Positions 27,608-36,588 of a stretch of 64,000 nucleotides of DNA are shown here, in pieces. The DNA is from an uncultured Desulfospira sp. (GTDB lineage: Bacteria; Desulfobacterota; Desulfobacteria; Desulfobacterales; Desulfobacteraceae). The stretch lies in assembly GCA_963663165.1 (NCBI GenBank), contig OY760175.1:96001-160000 (forward strand), written 5' to 3'. Every line of letters starts with the position of its first letter. Positions within the stretch are counted from its first letter, which is position 1. The position numbers were made by a program, and so were the translations under genes. The notes below the pieces were generated by a model. That model searched no databases, had not been told where the DNA came from, and saw only the letters and a program-made list of their open reading frames with translations.

Positions 27608-28792
27608 TTATCGGTCCTCAAAGTCGGTGTAGACACACTCGTCGGGCCCGCAATAGTCTCCCACATAATCGGCACCGGGCCGGTAAAGGGTGGGTTTGGG
27701 CGCTGCCGTGGCAAACTGCTCTTCAATAACATGGGCGCACCAGCCGCTGACCCGGGATACGGCAAACAGCGGGGTAAACAGGTCCGTGGCAATGCCCATG
27801 GCATGGAACAGGGATGCCGAGTAAAAATCCACGTTGCAGTAAATGTCCCGCTGCTTTCTCTCTTTGAACGCGGCCTTGGCCTTGATTTCCAGTTCCCGGG
27901 ACAGCTCATACCACTTTGGCTGTCCGGCAATCTGCCCCATTCTTTTGCTCATGGGGGCCAGCACCTTGGCCCTGGGATCATCGGTCTGGTAAACGGCATG
28001 CCCGAGCCCCATGATCAACCCGCCGGATTCAAGGGTCTGGTTGATATAGTCGTCTATCCGGTCCGTGGAGTCGATCTCCTTGAGCATTTTCATGACCCGG
28101 ACATTGGCCCCGCCGTGAAGGGGACCGGACAGGGAGCCGATGGCCCCGGAGACGGCTGCCGCCATATGGGCCCTGGTGGAGGCAATCTGCCTTGCCGTAA
28201 AGGTGGATGCATTAAAGGAGTGCTCGGCATGGAGAACGAGGCCGGCATCAAAAAACCGGGCGGTTTCAGGATCCGGTCTCTCCCCGTTGAGCATGTACAG
28301 AAAATTGGCGGCATGGCTTAAATCATTGTCCGGCGCAACAGCTTTCTTCCCGTTTCTGATCCGGTCCCATGCCGCCGTAATCACGGCAATGCCGGCAATG
28401 AGATTTTCTGCACTGTACAGGGCATTTTCAAGCTTGGGTTCTTCTAAAAGCCCTTTGTCTGCCTGACCAAGCAACGGAACCGCCGCCTGAAGGACATCCA
28501 TGGGATTCATTTGAGGGGGCAGGACGGCAAGGAAGTCAAAAATGTTTTCCGGCACAGCCCGTTTGAGTTTCAGGCTCTGGGTAAACTCCTCCAGCTCCTG
28601 TTTTTTGGGAAGCCGTTCGTACAGCAACAGAAAACATACCTCTTCAAAGGTGGCATGTTCCGCCAGGTCCTGGACCAGAAACCCCCGGTAAATCAGTTTT
28701 CCTTCTTTTCCCCGGACGTCGCAGATCTTTGAGCTGGCAACGTCCACACCTCTTAAACCGGTATTCATTAAGGGTAAGCATTCATCAGTCAT
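27608..28792 (-). CDS. gltA: Citrate synthase (Si-type) / 2-methylcitrate synthase family
   Basis: GLRGV, LIYRG, HAEHSFNASTF, GPLHGGAN, MGLGHAVY..DPR, NVDFYS, R..GW.AH. Confidence 0.92.
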   Translation of the reverse strand: MTDECLPLMNTGLRGVDVASSKICDVRGKEGKLIYRGFLVQDLAEHATFEEVCFLLLYERLPKKQELEEFTQSLKLKRAVPENIFDFLAVLPPQMNPMDVLQAAVPLLGQADKGLLEEPKLENALYSAENLIAGIAVITAAWDRIRNGKKAVAPDNDLSHAANFLYMLNGERPDPETARFFDAGLVLHAEHSFNASTFTARQIASTRAHMAAAVSGAIGSLSGPLHGGANVRVMKMLKEIDSTDRIDDYINQTLESGGLIMGLGHAVYQTDDPRAKVLAPMSKRMGQIAGQPKWYELSRELEIKAKAAFKERKQRDIYCNVDFYSASLFHAMGIATDLFTPLFAVSRVSGWCAHVIEEQFATAAPKPTLYRPGADYVGDYCGPDECVYTDFEDR

Positions 28793-28806
28793 AGAACACC
28801 TCGTAT

Positions 28807-28833
28807 TTGTAGCTGTTAGCTTTTAGCTGTTGG
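28807..28833 (-). repeat. Short GCTAAMA heptamer array upstream of the citrate synthase RBS
   Basis: Minus strand reads ccaaca gctaaaa gctaaca gctacaa. Confidence 0.7.
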
Positions 28834-28853
28834 TCGGGCAGGCCTATAATTGG

Positions 28854-29183
28854 TTAGAAAACCTTTTCCGGGGGCCTTCTTTCCGGAACATAATCAGACT
28901 CTCTCTGGTTGTTGTGCAACTCCTTGGAGATGTAAAGCCCGCAGTAACAGGCACCGAATTCTTCAAGGTCGGCCTGCCGGTAATCGCATGGGCAGATAAT
29001 ATCTTTGTCTTTTTCACTGTCACCACAGGCCAGCCGGCACGGGCAGGCCATGTAGCCGTATCGCTCTTTGTTTAAAACAAGGGATTCCAAAAGCTCAAAC
29101 ACCAGGTCCGTATCCTTATTAAAATAGATCTGCTTGGCCTCATTGGCCTTTTTGAGCATTTCGTACAGTTTTTGAATATCCAT
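28854..29183 (-). CDS. Ferredoxin:thioredoxin reductase catalytic-subunit family protein
   Basis: YGYMACPCR, ICPC, GACYCGLY (CPC/CPC/CxC signature). Confidence 0.92.
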   Translation of the reverse strand: MDIQKLYEMLKKANEAKQIYFNKDTDLVFELLESLVLNKERYGYMACPCRLACGDSEKDKDIICPCDYRQADLEEFGACYCGLYISKELHNNQRESDYVPERRPPEKVF

Positions 29184-29440
29184 CAGTTTACTCCCAGGGC
29201 TTTTTTGATGTCTCTTTCTTTGTATCCCACAATCACGGTATCGTTGATTTTAATGGTGGGGAATGAACACTTGGGGTTCAGTTTCTTGATATCCTCTAAA
29301 ATCGCCCGGCGCTCATCCCCTTCAAGGGTGTCGACTTCAACATAGTTATATTCAACCTCACACTCCGACAACAGCCGTTTGGTGGATTTGCAATGTCCGC
29401 ATGTGCTCAAGGCATATAAAGTGGTGTCATTTTCTGCCAT
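29183..29440 (-). CDS. Glutaredoxin-like protein
   Basis: LYALSTCGHC, SFPTI, VIVGY; ATG at 29440 follows AAGGAG; TGA/ATG overlap with the FTR gene. Confidence 0.9.
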   Translation of the reverse strand: MAENDTTLYALSTCGHCKSTKRLLSECEVEYNYVEVDTLEGDERRAILEDIKKLNPKCSFPTIKINDTVIVGYKERDIKKALGVN

Positions 29441-29519
29441 GGTATCTCCTTTAAGAATTTTTGAACCCGGAGGGGCTGGTGCCGGTCCGGTGGAATTGGG
29501 TAATTCGGTAAATAAATGA

Positions 29520-29535
29520 TGCACAATTTATGCCA
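29520..29535 (-). promoter_or_regulatory. sigma54 -24/-12 promoter for grx-ftr
   Basis: Minus strand TGGCATAAATTGTGCA (GG-N10-GC). Confidence 0.7.
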
Positions 29536-29613
29536 GATTTTTGTTTGAAAGTAAATCGGGCTTTGAGTCTGTGTATAGTCCTTATTGGTGGTGGGGATAA
29601 TAATGTATATTGT

Positions 29614-29697
29614 TGAGACTTGGGATATGGGATATGGGACTTGGGGAGGCCGTGGATGCCGCAATCCCCAGGTCCCATATCCCAAGTCCCAAGTCCA
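29614..29697. repeat. Inverted heptamer repeat (TGGGAYW / TCCCAAG arms) hairpin
   Basis: tgagact tgggata tgggata tgggact tgggga ... ccccagg tcccata tcccaag tcccaag. Confidence 0.9.
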
Positions 29698-29736
29698 ATT
29701 TTTTGGAGACCTTATTTTAAATCAAACACTCAATCC

Positions 29737-29752
29737 TGGCCCGCAAATTGCT
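29737..29752 (+). promoter_or_regulatory. sigma54 -24/-12 promoter for the 30022-44860 operon
   Basis: TGGCCCGCAAATTGCT (GG-N10-GC, TTGC at -12). Confidence 0.7.
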
Positions 29753-30021
29753 ACATAAACCCATAGACATCCACAAACCGGGTTCTCCGGTAAGATCTAT
29801 GTGGATCAGAAATGATAGGAACACCGGTTTGAAATTTATTAGGTGTTGATTTAATTAACAAAATTTTTAATAATTGGGTCATCAAGAGAATTCATGTTTC
29901 ATTTACACCATCTGTATAGCGCAAGTGTGTCAAAAACCGGCCTGATCTTTGAAACGGTTCTGTCTGGTAAGACAACACTGTATCATAAACCATCTCAAAA
30001 AGAGACCGGGGGGACCGGGCA

Positions 30022-31197
30022 ATGAGTCAATGGATCTGTTCTGTCTGTCATGAGAAGTTTAAGGAAGCGCCCCTGCCGGAAAAATGCCCTAATTGCGGCT
30101 CAGATCAGGCATTGATTTTAGAGGAAACCGACTATCCCCAGACCCTGGATGAGGTTAGGGACAGGGCCAGAACCAAGCTTAAAGGGATTTGTGCGGCATA
30201 CCCGTCCTGTGACGGCAGTTTTGAAAAAATTTGCCAGAGAGAGGCTTACGGCAAGCCCATCGGCCTTGGCGGGGCCGGATCCGGCCGCTCTTTCAGGGCC
30301 AATTCAACGGCCCTTGAAGCCGTGCAGCTGAACCTGTCGGTTCTTGGGGATCATTTTACACCGGACCCGTCCTGTACGTTTTTAGGCATTGATCTTGAAT
30401 TTCCCGTGTTGGCCTCATCAACGGCCGGGGTGGAAAAATACAATGACACCATGGACGAAACGGCCTTTTGCATTTCCGTCTTAAAAGGGGCACAGGAGGC
30501 CGGCACCATCGGTCTGCGGGGGGATACCTGGTTTTATACCGAAGAGAAACACCCCAGTCTCGACGCCATGGCTGCCTGCAGCGGGTTCGGCATTCCCATT
30601 TTCAAACCCCGGTCCCAGGATGTGTTAAAACGGCTCATTGAAAGGGCTCAGACCCTTGGCTGCAAGGCTGTGGGGGTGGATCTGGACGGGTGCGGCTCCA
30701 CCATCATGGCCCGGCACGGCCAGCCCGTGTTTAAAAAAAGTGCCAAGGATATCCGGGAGCTGGTTGAATTCTCTTCTTTGCCGTTTATAGCCAAGGGGAT
30801 CATGCTCCCTGAAGAAGCCGAAGCCTGTGTGGAAGCCGGGGCTGCCGTTATCGGGGTGTCCAACCACGGGGGACGGGTCCTGGATTCCACGCCCGGAACC
30901 GCCACCATGCTGCCCCGGGTGAAGGAACGGATCAAGGATTCGGCCCTCATTACCGTGGATGGCGGGGTGAGAACCGGGTACGATGTCCTTAAAATGCTGG
31001 CCCTGGGCGCCGATGTGGTGATGCTGGGCAGAGATATTATCCGGGCCGCCGTGGGGGGCGGCACTCCCGGTGTTAAAATGCACCTGGAACACGTTAAAAG
31101 TACATTAAAAAAAGCCATGTTCATGACAGGGACCCATACCCCTGCCATGGCCGATAAGCGAATTTTATTTAAGGAGGAACCATGGGAAAAGTCTTGA
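30022..31197 (+). CDS. FMN-dependent alpha-hydroxy-acid oxidoreductase family protein with N-terminal rubredoxin-like domain
   Basis: WICSVC...PEKCPNC; PFIAKGI, VSNHGGRVLD, VDGGVRTG.DVLK.LALGA. Confidence 0.88.
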   Translation: MSQWICSVCHEKFKEAPLPEKCPNCGSDQALILEETDYPQTLDEVRDRARTKLKGICAAYPSCDGSFEKICQREAYGKPIGLGGAGSGRSFRANSTALEAVQLNLSVLGDHFTPDPSCTFLGIDLEFPVLASSTAGVEKYNDTMDETAFCISVLKGAQEAGTIGLRGDTWFYTEEKHPSLDAMAACSGFGIPIFKPRSQDVLKRLIERAQTLGCKAVGVDLDGCGSTIMARHGQPVFKKSAKDIRELVEFSSLPFIAKGIMLPEEAEACVEAGAAVIGVSNHGGRVLDSTPGTATMLPRVKERIKDSALITVDGGVRTGYDVLKMLALGADVVMLGRDIIRAAVGGGTPGVKMHLEHVKSTLKKAMFMTGTHTPAMADKRILFKEEPWEKS

Positions 31198-31616
31198 TTG
31201 TATTTGCTACCAGAACTGAAGAAACCGGCGGGATTGCCAACCTGATTGCTGAAGGGATTCGAATTTCCGGCCATGAATGTGTGGTTAAAAAATCTCCTGA
31301 AATCAAAAAAGAAACGGATTTAACCGGGTATGATGCCTATGTGTTCGGCTCTCCCACCTACCACGGGGAGATGGTGACCGGTATGAAACAGCTGCTGTTC
31401 ATGGCCGAACGGGCCGGTCTTGAAGGCAAACCCGGCGGATCATTCGGGTCCTATGGCTGGAGCGGTGAAGCGGCCGGCCGGATATTTGACACCATGGACC
31501 ATATTTTTAAGATGAAAATGGTGCCGTCAGGTCCCCTGATGCTTAAAACCAGCCAGATTCAGGGTGCCATCCAGGCCGCCCAGCAGTACGGAAAAGACAT
31601 TGCGGCCATGCTTTAA
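31182..31616 (+). CDS. Flavodoxin
   Basis: VFATRTEET, FGSPTYHG, FGSYGWSGEA. Confidence 0.9.
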   Translation: MGKVLIVFATRTEETGGIANLIAEGIRISGHECVVKKSPEIKKETDLTGYDAYVFGSPTYHGEMVTGMKQLLFMAERAGLEGKPGGSFGSYGWSGEAAGRIFDTMDHIFKMKMVPSGPLMLKTSQIQGAIQAAQQYGKDIAAML

Positions 31617-31711
31617 CTGCTGCCGCTTTTTCAATAAAGAAGGTGACCATCAATTGGGGTGGGCCGTATCTATCAGTGCCCAACCCAAAAACATAAGGCA
31701 AAACCTTTCTA

Positions 31712-33040
31712 ATGGAAAAATTAAACATCAGCAAGGGGTTTAAGCACAAATTTTCAGGGCGGCCGGACGTGAGCTTTATTCACCGGATGGATTCCCATAC
31801 CCTGGCCCTGTCGGCCCAGGGACTTTCGTATATCCGGCCCAAAGTTCTGGTCAAAGAGGGGGATAGGGTCAACACCGGCATGCCCCTTTTTTGTGACAAA
31901 CAGGACCCTGATCTGGTCTACGTGTCTCCGGGAACGGGCCTGGTCAAACAGATCCGGTTTGGAGAGCGGCGCCGCTTAATCGAAATCATCATTGAGCGGG
32001 CGGCGTCAGATGAGTTTGCGGCATTTGATCCGGTAAGTCTTCAGGACCTGGACAACCGGACCGCCGAAGACCTTGCCGGCCGTCTCAAGCAGGGCGGTGT
32101 CTGGCAGGGCATGCGGCAGTTGCCCTTCAGGGATACGGCCGACGCCTCACAGACCCCGCCCATGATCATTGTCTGTCTGGATGGGGAGGACCTGTTTTCC
32201 CCCCGCCCGGGCCTTTTGCTGGACCTCTTTGAAGAGGAATTTCTTTACGGCCTGTCCCTGCTGGATAAATTTTCAGACCGTGTGCTGGTGACGGTGCGCG
32301 AGGGCCATCTGGACCTGCCCGAAAAGGTCACAGAAAAAATCACCCATGTGGTGCCGGACCATTATCCGGCCTGGGACCCGGGGGTGGTGCTTTACCATAC
32401 AAAAACCGACCCCTCTGAAAACAGTGCCTGGATGATCCGGGCAGACCACCTGATCATGATGGCCCGGTTTCTCATGACCGGGACATATCCCGTTGAAAAG
32501 CTGATTGCCGTCCACCAGGGTGGGGATGCAAGGCCCCATATCCTGACCCGGCAGGGCTTTCCGTTGCACCTGCTTTGCCGGGGCATTACCCCCGGGACCC
32601 TGGCCGTAACGGGACGGTTTAAGGGCAGGATATTGTCTCCGGATGAACATCTGGGGTTTTTCGACGACGGGATCACCCTTCTGGACGCCCGGGAGACTTC
32701 GGAAATGTTCGGCTTTATCCGGCCAGGGATCAACAAACCCACGGTATCCAGGACTTTTTTGTCCAGGGTGTTCAACCGCCCCATTGACCCGGACGCCACC
32801 CGCCACGGGGAGGAACGGGCCTGCATCAGCTGCAGCCATTGCGAGGCCGTCTGTCCCAATGACCTGATGCCCAATTTCATTGCCAAGGCCATTTTGGCGG
32901 ACGACGTTGAACAGGCCCTGTCCCTGGGGTTGCTGGACTGCTGCCAATGCGGGCTGTGCGCCTATGCCTGCCCGTCAAAGATTGAACTGACCGGCATCCT
33001 TTCCAGGGGAATGGATGCCCATTACAAGGATAGATCATGA
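31712..33040 (+). CDS. nqrA: Na+-NQR subunit A-like protein with C-terminal 2x[4Fe-4S] (RnfC-like) domain
   Basis: ISKG...SG.P, VKEGDRV..G.PLF.DK..P...SPG.G, GERR; CISCSHCEAVCP and CCQCGLCAYACP. Confidence 0.85.
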   Translation: MEKLNISKGFKHKFSGRPDVSFIHRMDSHTLALSAQGLSYIRPKVLVKEGDRVNTGMPLFCDKQDPDLVYVSPGTGLVKQIRFGERRRLIEIIIERAASDEFAAFDPVSLQDLDNRTAEDLAGRLKQGGVWQGMRQLPFRDTADASQTPPMIIVCLDGEDLFSPRPGLLLDLFEEEFLYGLSLLDKFSDRVLVTVREGHLDLPEKVTEKITHVVPDHYPAWDPGVVLYHTKTDPSENSAWMIRADHLIMMARFLMTGTYPVEKLIAVHQGGDARPHILTRQGFPLHLLCRGITPGTLAVTGRFKGRILSPDEHLGFFDDGITLLDARETSEMFGFIRPGINKPTVSRTFLSRVFNRPIDPDATRHGEERACISCSHCEAVCPNDLMPNFIAKAILADDVEQALSLGLLDCCQCGLCAYACPSKIELTGILSRGMDAHYKDRS

Positions 33041-34197
33041 AGGCTGTTAAAAAACTGCTGGACCGGCTGGAACCCGAATTCAGGGAGGGCGGCAAATACC
33101 CCAAGCTTTCCCCCCTGTATGATGCTACCCGGACCTTTTTCTTCCTTCCCTCTCCCGTGAACCGGGTCATGCCCTTTATCCGGGACTCTTTGGACCTGAA
33201 ACGGTACATGAGTTTTGTGATTCTGGCCCTGATGCCGGCGCTGTTTTTCGGGATCTGGAATGCCGGGGTCCAGGCGGGCATTGCCCAGGGCAAATCGTTG
33301 GGGTTCTGGTCTGCCCTTTTTACGGGAAGTCTTTATGTGGTGCCCATTATTATCATCTCTTACGGGGTGGGGTTTTTCTGGGAAATTTTGTTTGCCTCTA
33401 TGCGGCGGCACGAGATCAGTGAGGGATTCCTGGTAACAGGCCTGCTGTTTCCCTTAACCCTGCCGCCCACCATCCCGTTGTGGCAGGTGGCTCTTGGCAT
33501 CTCCTTCGGGGTGGTGCTGGGAAAAGAGGTCTTCGGGGGAACCGGAAGGAACATCCTGAACCCGGCCCTGACCGCCCGGGCCTTTCTCTTTTTCTCCTAT
33601 CCCGTGACCATGTCCGGAGAGGTCTGGCGGGCCGGAAAACAGATGGTGGACGGATTGTCCGGGGCAACCCCCCTGGCCGTGAGCGCCGGGGCCGGCCAGA
33701 CCCTCACATCGGCCCTTACCGAACACGGCTTTGATCTGTCAGCCTTATTCTTTGGTGCCATTCCCGGGAGCATCGGTGAAACCTCGGCCTTGTGCTGCCT
33801 GATCGGGGGCCTGTTTTTAATGGTCACGGGCATTGCCAATTTCAGGATTATCCTGGGCGGCATTGCCGGGCTTGTCCTGACCAGTATGTTTATTTACCTG
33901 ATCCCCGGGGGCGCCGGCACCTGGGCCAATGCCGGCCCCTTGTACCATCTGTGCGCCGGGGGATTTTTATTCGGCATTGTCTTTATGGCCACAGATCCCG
34001 TGTCTGCGGCCGGGACCAACCCGGGCCGGTGGATTTACGGCCTTTTGATCGGGTTTCTGACCGTCATCATCCGGGTGGCCAACCCGGCCTTTGCAGAAGG
34101 GGCCATGCTCTCCATTTTATTCATGAACGTGTTTGCCCCGCTCCTGGATTATCTGGTCATCCGGTTTAAAGCGTCAAAGAGGATACCCAATGTCTGA
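33037..34197 (+). CDS. nqrB: Na+-NQR subunit B
   Basis: RDSLDLKRYM, EGFLVTGLL, GKEVFGGTGRNILNPAL, SGATPL (FMN-Thr), PGSIGETS, FMATDPVS. Confidence 0.95.
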   Translation: MKAVKKLLDRLEPEFREGGKYPKLSPLYDATRTFFFLPSPVNRVMPFIRDSLDLKRYMSFVILALMPALFFGIWNAGVQAGIAQGKSLGFWSALFTGSLYVVPIIIISYGVGFFWEILFASMRRHEISEGFLVTGLLFPLTLPPTIPLWQVALGISFGVVLGKEVFGGTGRNILNPALTARAFLFFSYPVTMSGEVWRAGKQMVDGLSGATPLAVSAGAGQTLTSALTEHGFDLSALFFGAIPGSIGETSALCCLIGGLFLMVTGIANFRIILGGIAGLVLTSMFIYLIPGGAGTWANAGPLYHLCAGGFLFGIVFMATDPVSAAGTNPGRWIYGLLIGFLTVIIRVANPAFAEGAMLSILFMNVFAPLLDYLVIRFKASKRIPNV

Positions 34198-34969
34198 CAC
34201 CAAAGAAAACCCCATAGACAAAGCACCGGAATCGGCATCACCCCAGGCGAAATCTGGTGAAAAAAAGGAAAACACCCGGTTCCGGGTTGTCCGGTTTGCC
34301 CTGCTGCTCTCGGTGGTGTGCAGCCTTTTAATCACGGCGGCGGCCAACGGCCTTAAAAGCCGGCAGGAAGAGAACATGGCCCTGGACAAGAAGGTCAATA
34401 TTCTAAAAGCAGCCAACATCCTGACCGGTAAAAAACCACCCAAAGAGGAGATCAACCGCCTTTACAATGAGCGGATCGAGCAGGTCATGGTGGACCCGGC
34501 CGGCCGGATCCTTGAGGCCGGGGAACAGGCCGGGAGCGATGCCTTAAGCCTTTATCTGTACCGGACCAACGGCGCCGTTAACGGCTATATCCTGCCCATC
34601 AATACCCGGGGGCTGTGGGGAAAGATCAGGGGATACCTGGCCTTTGAAAGCGACGGCCAGACCGTTGCGGGGTTTTCCGTGTTCAGCCATTCCGAAACCC
34701 CGGGACTTGGCGGAGAAATTGAAAGCCGGTGGTTCCAGGACAATTTCAAGGGAAAGAAAATATTAAACTCCCAGAATAAATTTGTGTCCGTGGGCATTGC
34801 CAAGGGAAAGACCGAAAACCTTCCGGCGGCCCTTCAGGAAAATTACGTGGACGGGATCAGCGGGGCCACCCTGACCGGCAAATACCTTTCAGAAGGGATC
34901 AAGTCCACCCTGGAACGGTATGAGCCGTTGTCCGTCACCTTCCGGCAGAAAGGATTGAAAGCAAAATGA
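34190..34969 (+). CDS. nqrC: Na+-NQR subunit C
   Basis: N-terminal TM, GLWG, HSETPGLGGEI, VDGISGATLT (FMN-Thr). Confidence 0.93.
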   Translation: MSDTKENPIDKAPESASPQAKSGEKKENTRFRVVRFALLLSVVCSLLITAAANGLKSRQEENMALDKKVNILKAANILTGKKPPKEEINRLYNERIEQVMVDPAGRILEAGEQAGSDALSLYLYRTNGAVNGYILPINTRGLWGKIRGYLAFESDGQTVAGFSVFSHSETPGLGGEIESRWFQDNFKGKKILNSQNKFVSVGIAKGKTENLPAALQENYVDGISGATLTGKYLSEGIKSTLERYEPLSVTFRQKGLKAK

Positions 34970-34971
34970 AC

Positions 34972-35045
34972 AGGGATATGGGACCTGGGATATGGGATAT
35001 GGGGAAAACAGCCCCAAGTCCCGAGTCCCATATCCCAAGTCCCCA
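34972..35045. repeat. Inverted heptamer repeat (TGGGAYW family) between nqrC and nqrD
   Basis: agggata tgggacc tgggata tgggata tggggaa ... cccaag tcccgag tcccata tcccaag tcccc. Confidence 0.9.
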
Positions 35046-35061
35046 CTAAGGAAAATTTGAT

Positions 35062-35670
35062 ATGAGAGATTTGTCCCGCTATAAAGAGATATTGACCAAG
35101 GGGATCTGGGCGGAAAATCCAGTGGCCTATCAGGTCCTGGGGATCTGCTCGGCCCTGGCCGTTACCGTGAAGATGTCCACGGCCATGGTCATGGCCCTGG
35201 CCCTGACCCTGGTAACGGCCTGTTCATCCATGATCATTTCGGCCCTTCGAAAGCAGATTCCCTCCAATATCCGGATCATTGCCGAGCTCGCCATTATCGC
35301 ATCCCTGGTCATTGTCACCGATGAAATCCTCCAGGCCTTTGTCTATGACATCTCCAAGCAGCTCTCCATTTTTGTGGGGCTGATCATTACCAACTGCATT
35401 GTGCTGGGCCGTGCCGAGGCCTTTGCCCTGGCCAACTCGCCCGTGGATTCCTTTGTGGACGGCCTGGCCAACGGGGCCGGGTACGGCCTGGTCCTGGTCA
35501 GTGTGGCCTTTGTCCGGGAGCTTCTGGGCTCGGGGAAATTTTTGGGATTATCGGTTGTCCCCCAGTTTGTCTACGATCTGGGATACCAGAACATGGGACT
35601 CATGGTCCTGGCACCCGGGGCGTTTTTCATTATCGGATTATTGGTATGGCTTAAAAACAGCCTAAACTGA
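35062..35670 (+). CDS. nqrD: Na+-NQR subunit D
   Basis: [41 protein letters not shown]. Confidence 0.95.
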   Translation: MRDLSRYKEILTKGIWAENPVAYQVLGICSALAVTVKMSTAMVMALALTLVTACSSMIISALRKQIPSNIRIIAELAIIASLVIVTDEILQAFVYDISKQLSIFVGLIITNCIVLGRAEAFALANSPVDSFVDGLANGAGYGLVLVSVAFVRELLGSGKFLGLSVVPQFVYDLGYQNMGLMVLAPGAFFIIGLLVWLKNSLN

Positions 35671-35672
35671 GA

Positions 35673-35737
35673 GGCTGAAGGCTGAAGACTGAAGGTTTTA
35701 AGGACGTATCAGCAACCTTCAGCCTAAGCACCTAAAC
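35673..35737. repeat. Heptamer inverted repeat (GCTGAAG / CTTCAGC family) between nqrD and nqrE
   Basis: ggctgaa ggctgaa gactgaa gg ... ccttcagcc taagca cctaaac. Confidence 0.75.
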
Positions 35738-35750
35738 ACAAAGGATCATC

Positions 35751-36359
35751 ATGGGCGATTTATTCAGTCTGTTTATCAATTCGGTTTTTATCGGCAATAT
35801 CCTGCTGGCCTATTTTCTGGGCATGTGTTCGTTTATTGCCGTGTCCAAGAATGTGGAAACGGCCATTGGCTTAGGGTCTGCCGTGATTTTTGTCCTCACG
35901 GTGACAAGTCCGGTCAACTGGATTGTGTATCATGGGTTTCTGGCTCCCGGGGCTCTGTCCTGGGCCGGATTTCCGGACCTGGACTTGAGTTTCTTAAAAT
36001 ACATCACCTTTATTGCCGTGATTGCGGCCATGGTCCAGGCCGTTGAGATGATCATTGACCGGCACTCCCCGACCCTTTACGCCAGCCTTGGGGTATTTCT
36101 TCCCCTCATTGCCGTTAACTGCGCCATCCTGGGCACCAGCCTGTTCATGGTGGAGCGCAATTATACCCTGGTGGAGTCCATTATTTTCGGGGCCGGGTCC
36201 GGCACGGGCTGGATGCTGGCCATTGTCTCCATGGCGGCCATCCGCTTAAAGCTTCGGTACGCCGATGTGCCCCAGGGACTTCAGGGTTTCGGGATCACCA
36301 TGATTGTAGCCGGCCTCATGGCCATGACCTTTATGATGTTTTCAGGAATAACCTTATAG
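35751..36359 (+). CDS. nqrE: Na+-NQR subunit E
   Basis: [37 protein letters not shown]. Confidence 0.95.
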   Translation: MGDLFSLFINSVFIGNILLAYFLGMCSFIAVSKNVETAIGLGSAVIFVLTVTSPVNWIVYHGFLAPGALSWAGFPDLDLSFLKYITFIAVIAAMVQAVEMIIDRHSPTLYASLGVFLPLIAVNCAILGTSLFMVERNYTLVESIIFGAGSGTGWMLAIVSMAAIRLKLRYADVPQGLQGFGITMIVAGLMAMTFMMFSGITL

Positions 36360-36390
36360 GGACTTGGGACTTGGGATATGGGACTTGGGG
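36358..36390 (+). repeat. Single-arm TGGGAYW heptamer array after nqrE
   Basis: agggact tgggact tgggata tgggact tgggg. Confidence 0.8.
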
Positions 36391-36445
36391 AAAAGAACTG
36401 CAAGACAATCCCTGGTTCCTAAAATAGTGCCTGAACGACAATCCC

Positions 36446-36570
36446 GTGTTTGGGCGAAAAGTTGCCCAGATGCAAGGCGCAGAAAAATTTGTAACCGGAG
36501 CAACCCGGGGGTTGTGAGGATTGCAAATTTTTCTGCAACACAGCAGATGGGTGACTTTTCGTTCAAACAC
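36446..36570 (-). repeat. Palindromic dispersed repeat (MITE/REP-like), copy 2, between nqrE and nqrF
   Basis: gtgtttgggcgaaaagttgcccagatgcaaggcg...cagcagatgggtgacttttcgttcaaacac; reverse-complement homolog of 9417-9560. Confidence 0.85.
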
Positions 36571-36588
36571 TAAAATAGAGGGGGTATT

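Noticed and set aside
36354..36573. Short ORFs made of heptamer or palindromic repeats (WDLG/PKSHIP-type peptides; also 9446-9682, 29407-29685, 34843-35046, 52462-52876)
   Set aside because: These are translations of non-coding repeats, not credible genes.
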